This document shows positions 1-15,220 of a DNA stretch of 64,000 bases, piece after piece. The notes under the pieces were generated by a model. It did no database searches and had not been told where the DNA came from. It saw only the letters and a program-made list of their open reading frames with translations. This DNA is from Chrysomallon squamiferum (lineage: Eukaryota > Animalia > Mollusca). The stretch is taken from NCBI GenBank assembly GCA_012295275.1, contig CM022677.1:26474001-26538000 (forward strand), in the 5' to 3' direction. Both the position numbers and the translations under genes were made by a program. Positions within the stretch are counted from its first letter, which is position 1. Each line of letters begins with the position of its first letter.

Positions 1-1
1 T

Positions 2-472
2 TACGTCACGCCTACCCCAGTGACGTCAGATCATATATCTACTAACGAACCTTGTTCGTGCGACGAGTCCTCTTTAACAATTCTGACGTCATCGAGTGTT
101 ACAGAATTGACGTCGTCAATTGTTACAGAAATGACGTCATCAAGTGGTACAGAACTGACGTCATCGGTTACTTCGGAACTCCCGAAGTCTACTGTTATCT
201 GCAGTGCTTTGAACAATACCGAATTAACAAAAGAAGAACTGCAAGTCGTTTTAGAAAAAATAGTCGAACAACTCAAAGTCGACACGTCTGTTCTTTCGAC
301 GACGACACGGAAGAAAACGAGTGCTCCCGACACCAGGACGTCGTCCACGTCAATGGGGTACACGGCAGCAGCTCTGATGGCGATACCGTTCTTGTTCTTA
401 GTTCTGGCAGACATTCCGACTATAATTCGACAAGTTCTAATTGATCACAGAAAATACAAAGGCAGTCCGTGA
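2..472 (+). CDS. 3' terminal exon (5'-truncated by window) of a Ser/Thr-rich single-pass membrane protein with mollusc-type juxtamembrane motif
   Basis: The frame is open from position 2 to TGA at 470-472. It contains 8-aa/24-bp repeats (VTELTSSI/VTEMTSSS/GTELTSSV), then LKVDTSVLSTTTRKKTSAPDTRTSSTSMG, a hydrophobic TM (YTAAALMAIPFLFLVLADI) and a short basic tail. I recognise the LxVD..LS...RKK.SA.D.R.SS..MG-TM motif from uncharacterised molluscan mucin-like membrane proteins (from memory, not searched). Confidence 0.8.
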   Translation, partial: YVTPTPVTSDHISTNEPCSCDESSLTILTSSSVTELTSSIVTEMTSSSGTELTSSVTSELPKSTVICSALNNTELTKEELQVVLEKIVEQLKVDTSVLSTTTRKKTSAPDTRTSSTSMGYTAAALMAIPFLFLVLADIPTIIRQVLIDHRKYKGSP

Positions 473-492
473 TGATCTGCGACAATCTTTTT

Positions 493-547
<55 letters not shown>

Positions 548-738
548 TAATAAAGATGATAATGATGATGTGGATGGTGATGAACAGAAGACAAGAACGA
601 CATTCTTACTAATTTAAAAGAGAGTGATACCTAAGGGAGATAATCCTTATAAATAACAATGAATAGTAACGATCAGACTTAAGCTGAAAAGCCAAGCAAA
701 AAATAAAGTCAGTACTATTATTATTATTATTATTACAG

Positions 739-742
<4 letters not shown>

Positions 743-828
<86 letters not shown>
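743..828. repeat. (CT)n microsatellite
   Basis: Pure CT dinucleotide run. Many similar runs occur across the window (e.g. ~8486, 16794, 18768, 20281, 26335, 38553, 62774). Confidence 0.97.
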
Positions 829-831
<3 letters not shown>

Positions 832-911
832 ACAAATTGTCTTTTTAATATAATCTTAAAATTCGAAATACTTTTTTAATAATATATAATGTATTTGAGG
901 TATTCTTAATT

Positions 912-968
<57 letters not shown>

Positions 969-1427
969 ATTATTATTATATATTTTTAAAATGTATTTAT
1001 CTTTTACTCTCTCTCATGATCAGATTTACTGAATTTTATTTTTAATAAAGTATTTAATTGTATTTGTGTTAAATAATTGTTTTTTATTTTATTAATATTC
1101 ATGTTCAAATTAATATTGCCACCAGCAGCATACCTCTAATACAAATGTCAATCAAAAAATATTTTGAAACGTAATAAAAATAAAATTAAAAATAAAAAAA
1201 AAGCAAAGAAGAAAATATTAAATGATTATGCAGACTAAACTGTAACGTGTACACGTATGTAGATATACGTGTCTGTTTTTGTGTATGAGTGCGTGCGAGT
1301 GAGTTACCTTTCAGAATTCTTTGCCCTTTAACAAGTTTGTCCATTTTAACGCAGTGTCCGGTGTCCAGAAAAACAAGAAAGGAATATAGCGGAAAATACG
1401 AATACTGTATTTAGATAGTCATAAATC

Positions 1428-1770
1428 TGTGTATGTGTGTGTGTATTTGTGTGTGTCTGTATATGTGTTTGTCTGTGTATGTGTGTGTGTATTTGTGTGT
1501 GTCTGTATATGTGTGTGTCTGTGTATGTGTGTGTGTGTATGTATGTGTGTCTGTGTGTGTGTGTGTGTGTCTGTGTATGTGTATTTGTGTGTGTCTGTAT
1601 ATGTGTTTGTCTGTGTATGTGTGTTTCTCTTTGTGTGTGTGTCTCTGTGTATGTGTGTGTGTGTATGTGTGTGTCTGTGTATATGTGTGTGTCTGTGTAT
1701 GTGTGTGTGTCTGTATATGTATGTGTGTCTGTGTGTGTGTGTGTGTGTGTGTGTCTGTATTTGTGTGTGT
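1428..1770. repeat. degenerate (GT)n/(GTAT/GTCT) microsatellite
   Basis: ~340 bp of interrupted GT repeats; the source of four spurious Cys/Val or His/Thr ORFs. Confidence 0.95.
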
Positions 1771-2998
1771 TTAGGAATAGTTATTCTACTGTACATCTGA
1801 CACAGGTAATATTTATGAAGACTCTGGCACAAAAGTCAAAACGTGAGATGATGCACATTATACACCACCAGCTCACTGTGAAATCATTCATTTTGTTGTT
1901 GTTGTCTTGTTTTTGTTTTTTTTGTTTTTTTAAGCTGTCCCAGTGTCTGCAATTTTGATGTTGTGTATGCAGCTCAGTTTGCGATATGTTAATTTAGTTT
2001 TAAAAACGATCTAAATAAACTCTGTGTATGACATATTATTTCCAACGTCAACAACATGTGTTTCACTTATTTATCAAACAAACACACGCTGACTTTATTA
2101 TTAGTATTAGTATTATTATTGCAGGTCTTTTTCCTTTCTTTTTCCTTTTTTATTTTTATTTATTTATTTAGTTTTTAATTATTATTATTAGGGGGCAAGG
2201 GTGAGAAACCATCATCTGAAACGCGCATGATCGGATGTTGTTCCGATTACAACATTTCTCGCATTTTCTCGTAGAAAGTCAGGGAATAGGATCTAAGAGT
2301 AAATAGGAAAAAACCCATTTACATATTTCATTACAAATTCAGATTTATTTATTTATTTCATTTTATTTCTAACAATCAGCCTAAACAGCATGTTTGGTGT
2401 TTTGGTCGTCTTATGTCTCACTGCTTCAGTTTCAGCTAAAGGTAACGTAATATGATTAAAATAGAAATTATAATTATAGAAAACAGTGAATATTAATGAT
2501 TTAATTAATGGTTTTACTAGCGCTACTACTATTACAACTACTACTACTATTACTACTATTACTACTTATTATTATTATTATTATTAACGATAACGATATA
2601 TATATGTATATGTATGTATGTGTCTGGTTATAGTTCCGTTTTTCTGTGATAGTGGATGTGTGTATGTGTGCGTTTGGGTGTGTGTGTGCGCGCGCGTGCA
2701 TATGTTTCAGGCAAATTCATTTAAACGGTATACGTTTCAGGAAAGTTCAGAAAGCCTCAAGATAAACCAGGTTTTATATGGCATCCAGAATTAGTAAGTT
2801 AATGTTTTTTTACTTGCTAATATTTCAAATGGCATTTTAATATTAATTTTTTGCATAACACTATCGCACAGAAAATATTAAGATTACATATATATATATA
2901 GATATATATATATATATATCTGATGAAACTTAAAAATATAGAGGGTTTGAATTAAGATATTACCATTTGAATACATATACATATACAAACACAGATAC

Positions 2999-3039
<41 letters not shown>

Positions 3040-3536
3040 CGTGCGTGTGTGTGTTATGTTTATTTTAGTTTGTGGTGTATTTAGTAACAACAAGAACATT
3101 AGGTCTTGACTATAAAAATATGACATTTAGTTCATGGTAAAGAAAAATAATTTAAAAAAAGAGGTTTAGACAGCATCAGGGTAGACAAAAAAAAAAATTG
3201 TTTTTCAGATATATATATATTTTTTTATTTTATTTTATTAATACACTATTAGGTTAAGACAACTAATACATTAAGTTAGAGTATTCGACACTTCATTAGT
3301 AAGAAAACAAAATTTTATTTAGAAAAAAAAAGTTGTGCACAGAATTTCGTTTATAGTAAAAACAAATAAATAAAAAAATCAATAACTAAAAATATCAAAT
3401 GAATATTAGAATTAGACAATATAAATATTACGTTTTATAAATATACAATGTATTATGTTATATTAAACGATATTTTGTTTACAGTGAAAAATAAAGCAAC
3501 ATTAGACTATAAAAATAAATAAATAATACATTTAGA

Positions 3537-3586
<50 letters not shown>

Positions 3587-3699
3587 AATGTTATACTAAA
3601 ATTAAATAGTCCCGCTAGAATTATTTTTAACTGTTATAAAAACATTTTTATTTCATTGCTTGCAAGGTATTTTAATATTACTGTTATATAAGAATAAAT

Positions 3700-4215
3700 A
3701 ATAATTATTATTATCATCATCACCATAATCATCATTATTATTGTTTCATTATCATCATCATCATTATTATTATCATCATCATCATTATTATTATTATTAT
3801 CATCGTCATTATTATTATTATTATTATTATCATCAACATCATCGTCATTATTATTATTATTATCATCATCATCATCATCATCATCATCACCGTCATTATT
3901 ATTATTATCATCGTCATTATTATTATTATTATTATTATCATCATCATCATCATTATTATTATTATTATCATCATCATCATCATCATCATCGTCATTATTA
4001 TTATTATTATTATATTATTATTATTATTACTATTATTATTTTTATTGCATTATTATTATTATTATTATTATTACTATTATTATTATTATTGTTATTATTA
4101 TTATTGTTTATTAAACATCTTGTTATTATTATCATTGTTCGCTTATTATTATTATTGTTCGACTGTTATTATTATTATTATTATTAATATGCTGTTACCT
4201 CTATTACCTCGATTA

Positions 4216-4250
<35 letters not shown>
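3700..4250. repeat. compound (ATT)n/(ATC)n microsatellite
   Basis: Long trinucleotide array in intron 1 of the Hog gene; gives poly-His/Tyr/Ile/Met spurious ORFs. Confidence 0.95.
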
Positions 4251-4736
4251 TTTCCTTCTGGACTATTATTGCTGTTGGACAGTTGTTAAGAAAAAGATCT
4301 GTGTCACTGCGGATCAGTGTGTTCGCTCAGTGTCCGTGTGGATGTTCGTCTGGAAACGGTAGTGGCGAATCAAACCGTGACCTCTGTCCTCGACCCGCTT
4401 AATATTTCTTTCCTGGGGACAGTTGGTCCTTCTTGGACACTTTAAAATGGACAGACTTGTTAAAGGGCAAAGAATTCTGACAGGTAACTGGCTGGAACGC
4501 GCTCATACACAAACACGTAGACGCGCATGTAAAACACTTGTATGAAACGAAACCGGGAATCTAGTTTAATAATAATATTTCTTTTTACGTTGCATTAGCT
4601 TGGTTTGTCACTTTGTTGTTCGCTCCTAGTAGCTGTACATTCAGTCGATACAAGACCAAACCGTATCGTAAAACACTGAAATCTTCGGACATGTTTAATT
4701 TGTGACGTAACTAAATCGTGACGTAACTCATTAATA

Positions 4737-5640
4737 GGGTTTATTCCCGAATCTGGCACTGAGATTATAACACATCTTAATTGCACACGCCAGTTGTTCC
4801 ATTTCTGGCATTTTATTTCTCACCCTTACTAATTGGTGTTCCGTCACTTTAATTGATGGCCCATAACCTTAATTGATGTACTTTTGTTAAACTGTATTTT
4901 GTCCACAATTTGTAGGACAATCAATGAATTGCGGGACTTTTTCAGTCTCAGTCGGTACAAGCTGGATTTGATGCCCTCAAACATACTCAGCTTGAAAGCT
5001 ATGTCCTGTGGTCTTGCGTCTCCATACCCGGTCAACAACTTCTTCATCTCCTCGTCATATATCTTTGGGATACTGGTCAGTTCCTCTCGTGCTCTCTTCC
5101 GCATGGTGATGGTCAGTAGGTGGACAGCAACTTCGCTCTCATCCGAGGAATGGATGTGGTCTTTACCTCTCCTGACCACAGTCCCATCCGGTGGCAAGGC
5201 ACGTCGAATACAAACATCTTCATGGTACCGCACCATTCTTGTTACTAATCCACCGAGCATCCCTATATCCATCAAGTATGAGCTCCACACCTGGTTTTCT
5301 GCCGTCCAAACTTTCTCCCTGTACAGTATTTCCTGTCTTCAAATTTTATACATCTCTTAATTGATCTTGTTAACCCCACATGTCTAAATTGGTATACAAC
5401 ATTAATTTCATGTCTCCAAACATTAATTTTCTTGCAATCTCTTTTCCGGCTCATCTCTGCTCTTCTACTTCTCACTAAAGTTAATCTCGTTAATCGCCCC
5501 TCTGTTCTTCACACACCTCGTTATCCCCATGTGTCTCAATTGGTCTTAACTGCTCACGCCAGTTTTCCCATTTCTGGAAGCGGATTAGAACACCTCACCG
5601 CTTACCTAATCTGGAGACTGCCAGTTTTGGGAACATAACC
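4737..5640 (-). mobile_element. Internally deleted Mutator-like (MULE) DNA transposon with imperfect TIRs and 7-bp target-site duplication
   Basis: Left end GGGTTTATTCCCGAATCTGGCA matches the reverse complement of the right end, GGTTATGTTCCCAAAACTGGCA. ATTAATA flanks both sides (4730-4736, 5641-5647). The minus-strand ORF 4844-5290 has H.H..D...MRKRAREE..SIPKIYDEE...F..IKSSLYR.R.K, typical of the region between the FLYWCH and MULE domains of animal Mutator-like transposases. The DDE core is absent. Confidence 0.75.
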
Positions 5641-6067
5641 ATTAATATGCGACAGGTGTTCAGCGCGAAAACCATTCCGCACAAAACACGGAAGACAGCA
5701 CAAAGAAAAGATTTACGTCTTTACGTCCTGTTTGACAGGAGTCGAATAAATACAATTTAGCGTTAAATGGGTTTCGTTGCTACCGTTATGTAGATTTTTA
5801 TTTTTATTTTTACTTTATTTTATTATTATTATTTTTTTTTTTTTATCATAAGCTGTTGATATGTCTTGAGTAACAAACTAAAAAAAAAAAAAAAAAAAAA
5901 AAAAAAAGATCATTTGACCTGGTTTTCAGGGTTTAGTGTTGGAAAGCATGAGTAATAAATGTAATTGTGTGTGTTTGGAAAAGGTTGTTTGGTACAGTTT
6001 AGTTTGTTTAGTAGAGAATGACGTACACGACGTTATTATTCTTATTTGGCGACGTCGATTTTGGTTG

Positions 6068-6103
<36 letters not shown>

Positions 6104-7677
6104 CATCAGATTTGATATGTCTTTACTTAAAATTTTTCCCAGTCTTACCTTTATATTTCCTGAAATTCATGTTTATTTACATAACCATTTGCTTTTTAAA
6201 CACTTCAAATATTAATTTCAGTACATCACAAAACAAACGAATATAATTCCCCCCCTCACCCCATTTATAAGCATTGTTTACTCAGGAATGAATTACATGC
6301 AGGTTTCCAGGCTTTGACTAATTTAATATAACTTATCGTATAAGAAACACAGATACTATAAACAGTTCTCGATTCTTTCTTTGTTTACTTTTCCTACTTC
6401 TTTTTTTTTTTTTTTTACTTCTCTGGAAACCCAGTAAAATAATCTGTGTTTGGTTTTTGCACTGTTACAAAAATTCACGAACTTAACGAGACATCGCGTT
6501 TCAGTTGAAGGTGGACGGCGGGTATTTTCTGAAGTGAGAACTTTTCAACATCGCGAGCCGACGTCGAACACGACGTTTCTGACGTTGATAACTGAACGTG
6601 GACGTCGCCTCACTGTGTCTAAATCACATGTGCTGTTCACGTCAGCGCACAAGTCGGGCAACATGCAAACTAGGTTTGTTTTCAACTCGTTCTTAACCTA
6701 AGTTATTGTCGGTGTATATAATCAATCCAGTTTACATTATTCACTGAGTCTGCTACATAATCATCGGTTCACTGCATCTGTTATCCTTTCAGAACTTACT
6801 TTTAAATTAACAGAAATATTAATCACTTTCAGGGTATTTCTTTTTCTTAAATCGTATTGTCTATTACGAAAATAATGTCAATGTGTTATTGCTATAGAAA
6901 GGTACCCCACATACACCGTTCAATAACATACATGCCGTGACGTCATTGTAACATACAACGTTATGAAATTCTAAGCAAGTCTGTAGACAATGTTCATACA
7001 TATTATATATATATATATATATAAAAAACAGACGATAATTAAAACTACACTGTTTAACAATATTCTCAGATTGAAAAATAAGTCGTATACCGTTACAACG
7101 TATTTCTAGTTCAACAGCGTCAAACGAGCCCTGTTTCGACGTAATAAATAAACAGATGGTTCGTTTCTTAATTATTTTATTGCAGATTCGCTGGGTCTGT
7201 AAAAACTGGAGATTATTTGTTTGACACGGAAAACTGTCCAGATGCTTTGTGCCCAGTGAAAGTGGTACACATACAACTTTGTGTCAAACAAGGTAGAGTT
7301 GATGACGATGACGATGACGATGATGATGATTATGATAACCCATGATGGTCATAATCTATACTGATGATGATGATGATGATAAATAAATATATAATATAAT
7401 ATGAGAGAAAGAGAGTAAAAGGAAGAAAGGAAGAATGGAGAGAAAAAAGAGAGCAAAACGAGAGAGAAAATGAATATTGTTGTTGTTACTATTAGCAATA
7501 CTACAATTCTACTACTACTACTACTACTGCACTATTTCTACTACTACTACAGCCACTTCTACTACTACTACTACTACTACTGTTACCACTACTCTTACTA
7601 CTACGACCACTACAACTACTACACATCCTTCTGTTGTTACTAATATTACTGCCAATAAAAAAAATACTACAACGAAT

Positions 7678-8014
7678 AACAAACAAACAAACAAACAAAA
7701 CAAACAAACAAGTAAATAAATAAATAATAAATAAACAAACAAACAAACAAACAAATAAACAAATAAATAAATAAATAAACAAATAAACAAACAAACAAAT
7801 AAATAAACAAACAAACAAACAAACAAATAAACAAATAAACAAACAAACAAACAAACAAACAAATCAATAAATAAACAAATAAATAAACAAACAAATAAAC
7901 AAATAAACAAATAAATAAACAAACAAACAAACAAACAAACAAACAAACAAACAAATAAATAAACAAACAAATAAACAAACAAACAAATAAATAAATAAAC
8001 AAACAAATAAATAA
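7678..8014. repeat. (AAAC)n/(AAAT)n compound tetranucleotide microsatellite
   Basis: Mixed AAAC/AAAT array in the last Hog intron, preceded by an (ACT)n run. Confidence 0.95.
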
Positions 8015-8335
8015 ACTCTGTGTTCCAGGTCTGTATAGTCCTCTGACAGAAACAGGGACTGTTGTCGTTAACGGAATTCTGTCGTCGTGTTTCGCAAACG
8101 TCATCGTCTCCCAAGACCTCGTCCAGTTCCTTCTGTTTCCCGTTCGAACGTTTCCATGGTTACTGGAACCGTGGCAGAACGGCGTCTGCAGTCCACTGTT
8201 ATCAAACTTGCTTTATCTAGTTCGGTATTTGCTTCCTCGAGCCTGGGTTAGTACAGACTAAATGACGTGATGTTAATATTAATACTGAGACGTTTGAATG
8301 TTAAAAATAATAAATTCAGTTTCAGATGTTTATAT

Positions 8336-8375
<40 letters not shown>

Positions 8376-8406
8376 GTTATTATTATTATCATTATTATTA
8401 TTGTTT

Positions 8407-8459
<53 letters not shown>

Positions 8460-8482
8460 CATCATCATCATATATTGAACTG

Positions 8483-8560
<78 letters not shown>

Positions 8561-8978
8561 CGTATATTCTTCTGTCTCTGTCTCTCTCTTTCTCTACATC
8601 TTTCGCTTGTAAACTGAATGATAGTTCTTGTGAAACTTTATCAGTTAAGGGACAAATTGGCGACCTGCCATTAAGTATGAAATACATTTTCTCTAATCCT
8701 AAACTCACTGAGTATTTTATTTAAAAAATAATGACAATGAGTCAGAACGATTATTATTATTATTATTATTATTATTTTTTTTTTTTTTGAATTAAAGTAA
8801 ATTTTAATTCAAGTTAATTCATTAATAATAGTTAATTAAATGTAGGTGATAGTCAATTAGCAGTAGCCAATAATGACTTAGAAGTAGGTAATACTGAATT
8901 ACAAGAAGGGAATACTGCAGCAGAAGTAAGTCATAATTAACTATAAGTAGGCAGTAATGAATTGGAAATAAATTATAG

Positions 8979-9946
8979 CTAATTAGAAGTAGGTAATATT
9001 TAATTAGAAGTAGGTAATATTTAATTAGAAATAGGTGATATTTAATTAGAAGTAGGTAATATGTAATTAGAAGTAGGTGACAATTAATTAGAAGTAGATG
9101 ATATTTAATTAGAAGTAGGTGATATTTAATTAGAAGTAAGGATATTTAAATTAGAAGTAAGTGATATTTAATTAGAAGTAGGTAATATTTAATTAGAAGT
9201 AGGTGACAATTAATTAGAAGTAGGTGACAATTAGAAGTAGGTGATATTTAATTAGAAGTAGGTAATATTTAATTAGAAATAGGTGATATTTAATTAGAAG
9301 TAGGTAATATGTAATTAGAAGTAGGTGACAATTAATTAGAAGTAGATGATATTTAATTAGAAGTAGGTGTTATTTAATTAGAAGTAAGTGATATTTAAAT
9401 TAGAAGTAAGTGATATTTAATTAGAAGTAGGTAATATTTAATTAGAAGTAGGTGACAATTAATTAGAAGTAGGTGACAATTAGAAGTAGGTGATATTTAA
9501 TTAGAAGTAGGTACTATTTAATTAGAAGTAGGTGATATTTAATTAGAAGTAGGTGATAATTAATTAGAAGTAGGTGTTATTTAATTAGAAGTAGGTGATA
9601 ATTAATTAGAAGTAGATGATATTTAATTAGAAGGAGATGATATTTAATTAGAAGTAGGTGATATTTAATTAGAAGTAGGTGTTATTTAATTAGAAGTAGG
9701 TGACATTTAATTAGAAGTAGGTGATAATTAATTAGAAGTAGGTGTTATTTAATTAGAAGTAGGTGATAATTAATTAGAAGTAGATGATATTTAATTAGAA
9801 GTAGGTGATATTTAATTAGAAGTAGGTGATAATTAATTAGAAGTAGATGATATTTAATTAGAAGTAGGTGACATTTAATTAGAAGTAGGTGATAATTAAT
9901 TAGAAGTAGGTGTTATTTAATTAGAAGTAGGTGATAATTAATTAGA
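8979..9946. repeat. 21-bp minisatellite (consensus TAATTAGAAGTAGGTGATATT), roughly 45 head-to-tail units
   Basis: Contiguous units with small variants (gataat/gacaat/gttatt/aatatt) and no spacers. More degenerate units lie upstream from ~8830. Confidence 0.95.
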
Positions 9947-10223
9947 CTCAGGTAGTAATATTCAAAATATTCACGCATTCACATTGTCCTGTTTACCTAA
10001 ACCTGTTATCACACACTGCAGTGTGACTGGGTAGAACATTTTCACAACATTCAAGTGTAAAACTTCTCACTGTTACTGTCCACTTTACGACGCTCGCTTC
10101 AACTCGAGGTAAAGTTTGAAATATTGCGTACAGAAATTTTACTGCGCGTCTGTTGACATTGTACGAATCTCGAGTACCATGTGACAGGTACTTTGTAGTA
10201 GAGAACTTGCTATGGCTAATACA

Positions 10224-10287
<64 letters not shown>

Positions 10288-11079
10288 CTTATTGAAGCTT
10301 TAAAAAACGTAAACATCTACCACTACTATAATTTCCAGTGGTACTTACACAAACACTTTACAAAAAGCATATAGATTATATTTCCATACAGATGTATACT
10401 GTTACTACATTCTACTACTGTCACTACTATTACTACTACTACTACTACTACTACTACTACACCTACTGCAGCTACTACTATGCTATAGTGTAACTTAAAT
10501 GCTATTGCTAAAACTTACCAAAGCTAGTACTAGTCGCTAGTTTATTTGGAGGGATGAAAAGGTCCTCGCAAACGTGTTTAAGTCACAGTCACACACTGGA
10601 AAACTACACAATGTGCATGCTTGCGAGTGCGTGTGTGCGTGTGCGTTTTTCTCAACATTCCTGGTTATGTCCATTGCTGCATAGATAATTATTACTACCA
10701 TTACTACTATTGCGGTACTACTACGACGACAACTACAACTGCCACTACTGTTACTACAACTCTGCTATGACTTTAGTTAGTGTTACAACTGTTACCGATA
10801 ACATTACTACTACAACAACAACAACTACTACTACTACTACTACAGCTACTACTACTGCGTTTATAATGTAATAACTGTTAATGCTTTTTTTGCTAATAAC
10901 ACACACACACACACTCACACAGACACACAATTTGAGCAACATTTTGACACAAAATATTTACGACACCTTATTTACCAACTACTCAAGAGTTGACTAAACA
11001 CTTCAAGTCTGCTCTTGAAAAGCAGGGGAAGAAACATATGTTGTCTGACGCAGTATAATGAAAAGTAAATTAAGAGGTG

Positions 11080-11087
11080 TATATAAG
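11080..11087 (+). promoter_or_regulatory. Candidate TATA box of the serine protease gene
   Basis: TATATAAG about 45 bp upstream of the ATG at 11125. Confidence 0.5.
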
Positions 11088-11124
11088 AAAGAAAGGTTTG
11101 TCGTCTTCAGGTAGTCCTATAAGG

Positions 11125-14715
<3,591 letters not shown>

Positions 14716-14991
14716 ACACAACCGTCTTAGTTTTATCGCTAAATAAACAAAGTGGTTCTTGCTATTTATTTATGTGTTGTTGTTTGTTTTTCATTTTAAA
14801 CCAGTACATGTCTTAGTTGCTCCATGTAGTATCAAGTAAGCTGGTGATAAATGCAGCATGTAAATACTGTTAAAACTGTTTTTCAGTCTTGTGAAATAAT
14901 CACGTTCTTTATATATATATATAAAGATAAGCCGTGACGTATCACTGGAAGTAGGAGGAGTTTACTCCGCGAAGTAAAAAAAATATATAAA

Positions 14992-15220
14992 CGATTAGAG
15001 TTATCTACCTTTAAGTGATAAGTGTTCACACACACATAGATTAGAGTTACGTCCCTTGCGTGAGATGTATTCACTAAGCTTATGGGATAAGTTAGGGGTT
15101 AGGGTGCAGGCAGGGGGAGATCAGGTGCCTGTAAGCTTAGTCAGTACATCTCTCGTAAGGGACATAACTCTAAATCTATGTTCGTGAACACATATCACTA
15201 AAGGGAAATAAATCTAATCG
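14992..15220. mobile_element. Foldback/MITE-like element: ~90-bp imperfect inverted repeat with G-rich loop
   Basis: Arm 14992-15082 (CGATTAGAGTTATCTACCTTTAAGTGATAAGTGTTCAC...TGAGATGTATTCACTAAGCTTA) is the approximate reverse complement of arm 15132-15220. The loop contains TTAGGGGTTAGGG. Confidence 0.75.

Larger units (their letters stand above)
2390..8261 (+). pseudogene. Hedgehog-related Hog-domain (Hint + SRR) secreted protein gene; exon 2 frame-disrupted as assembled (pseudogene or assembly error)
   Basis: Exons: 2390-2441 (MFGVLVVLCLTASVSAK, signal peptide); 4283(or 4291)-4483 (...FPGDS / LVLLGHFKMDRLVKGQRILT in different frames); 6505-6673 (VEGGRRVFSEVRTFQHREPTSNTTFLTLITERGRRLTVSKSHVLFTSAHKSGNMQTR); 7186-7292 (FAGSVKTGDYLFDTENCPDALCPVKVVHIQLCVKQ); 8029-8261 (GLYSPLTETGTVVVNGILSSCFANVIVSQDLVQFLLFPVRTFPWLLEPWQNGVCSPLLSNLLYLVRYLLPRAWVSTD*). 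All introns are GT-AG with compatible phases (1,1,2,1). Motifs align colinearly with the Hedgehog C-terminal domain (CFPG, DL..G.RVL, F.DR, LT..HLLF, FAS.V..G, G.YAPLT..GT.VVN.VLASCYA, then the SRR). Confidence 0.88.

Noticed and set aside
31-444. Overlapping alternative ORFs 31-414(-) and 52-444(+)
   Set aside because: Shadow frames of the real repeat-rich CDS at 2-472.
609-4362. Long ORFs of poly-RE, CV/HT, His/Tyr/Ile/Met (and the many equivalents through the window)
   Set aside because: They are translations of (CT)n, (GT)n, (ATT)n, (ATC)n and (AAAC)n microsatellites, which are stop-free by composition and lack splice context.
4884-5360. 158-aa plus-strand ORF
   Set aside because: Antisense shadow of the MULE transposase fragment.
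2390-8261. Calling the Hog gene hedgehog or an intein
   Set aside because: No Hedge domain is present and there is no space for one. The Hint ends in SSCFA + SRR rather than an intein His-Asn/C-extein junction.
8979-9946. CRISPR-like or coding repeat
   Set aside because: Units are contiguous with no unique spacers, the context is eukaryotic, no cas genes are present, and indels break any reading frame.
15090-15105. TTAGGG telomeric repeat
   Set aside because: Only two imperfect units inside the hairpin loop; not an interstitial telomere array.
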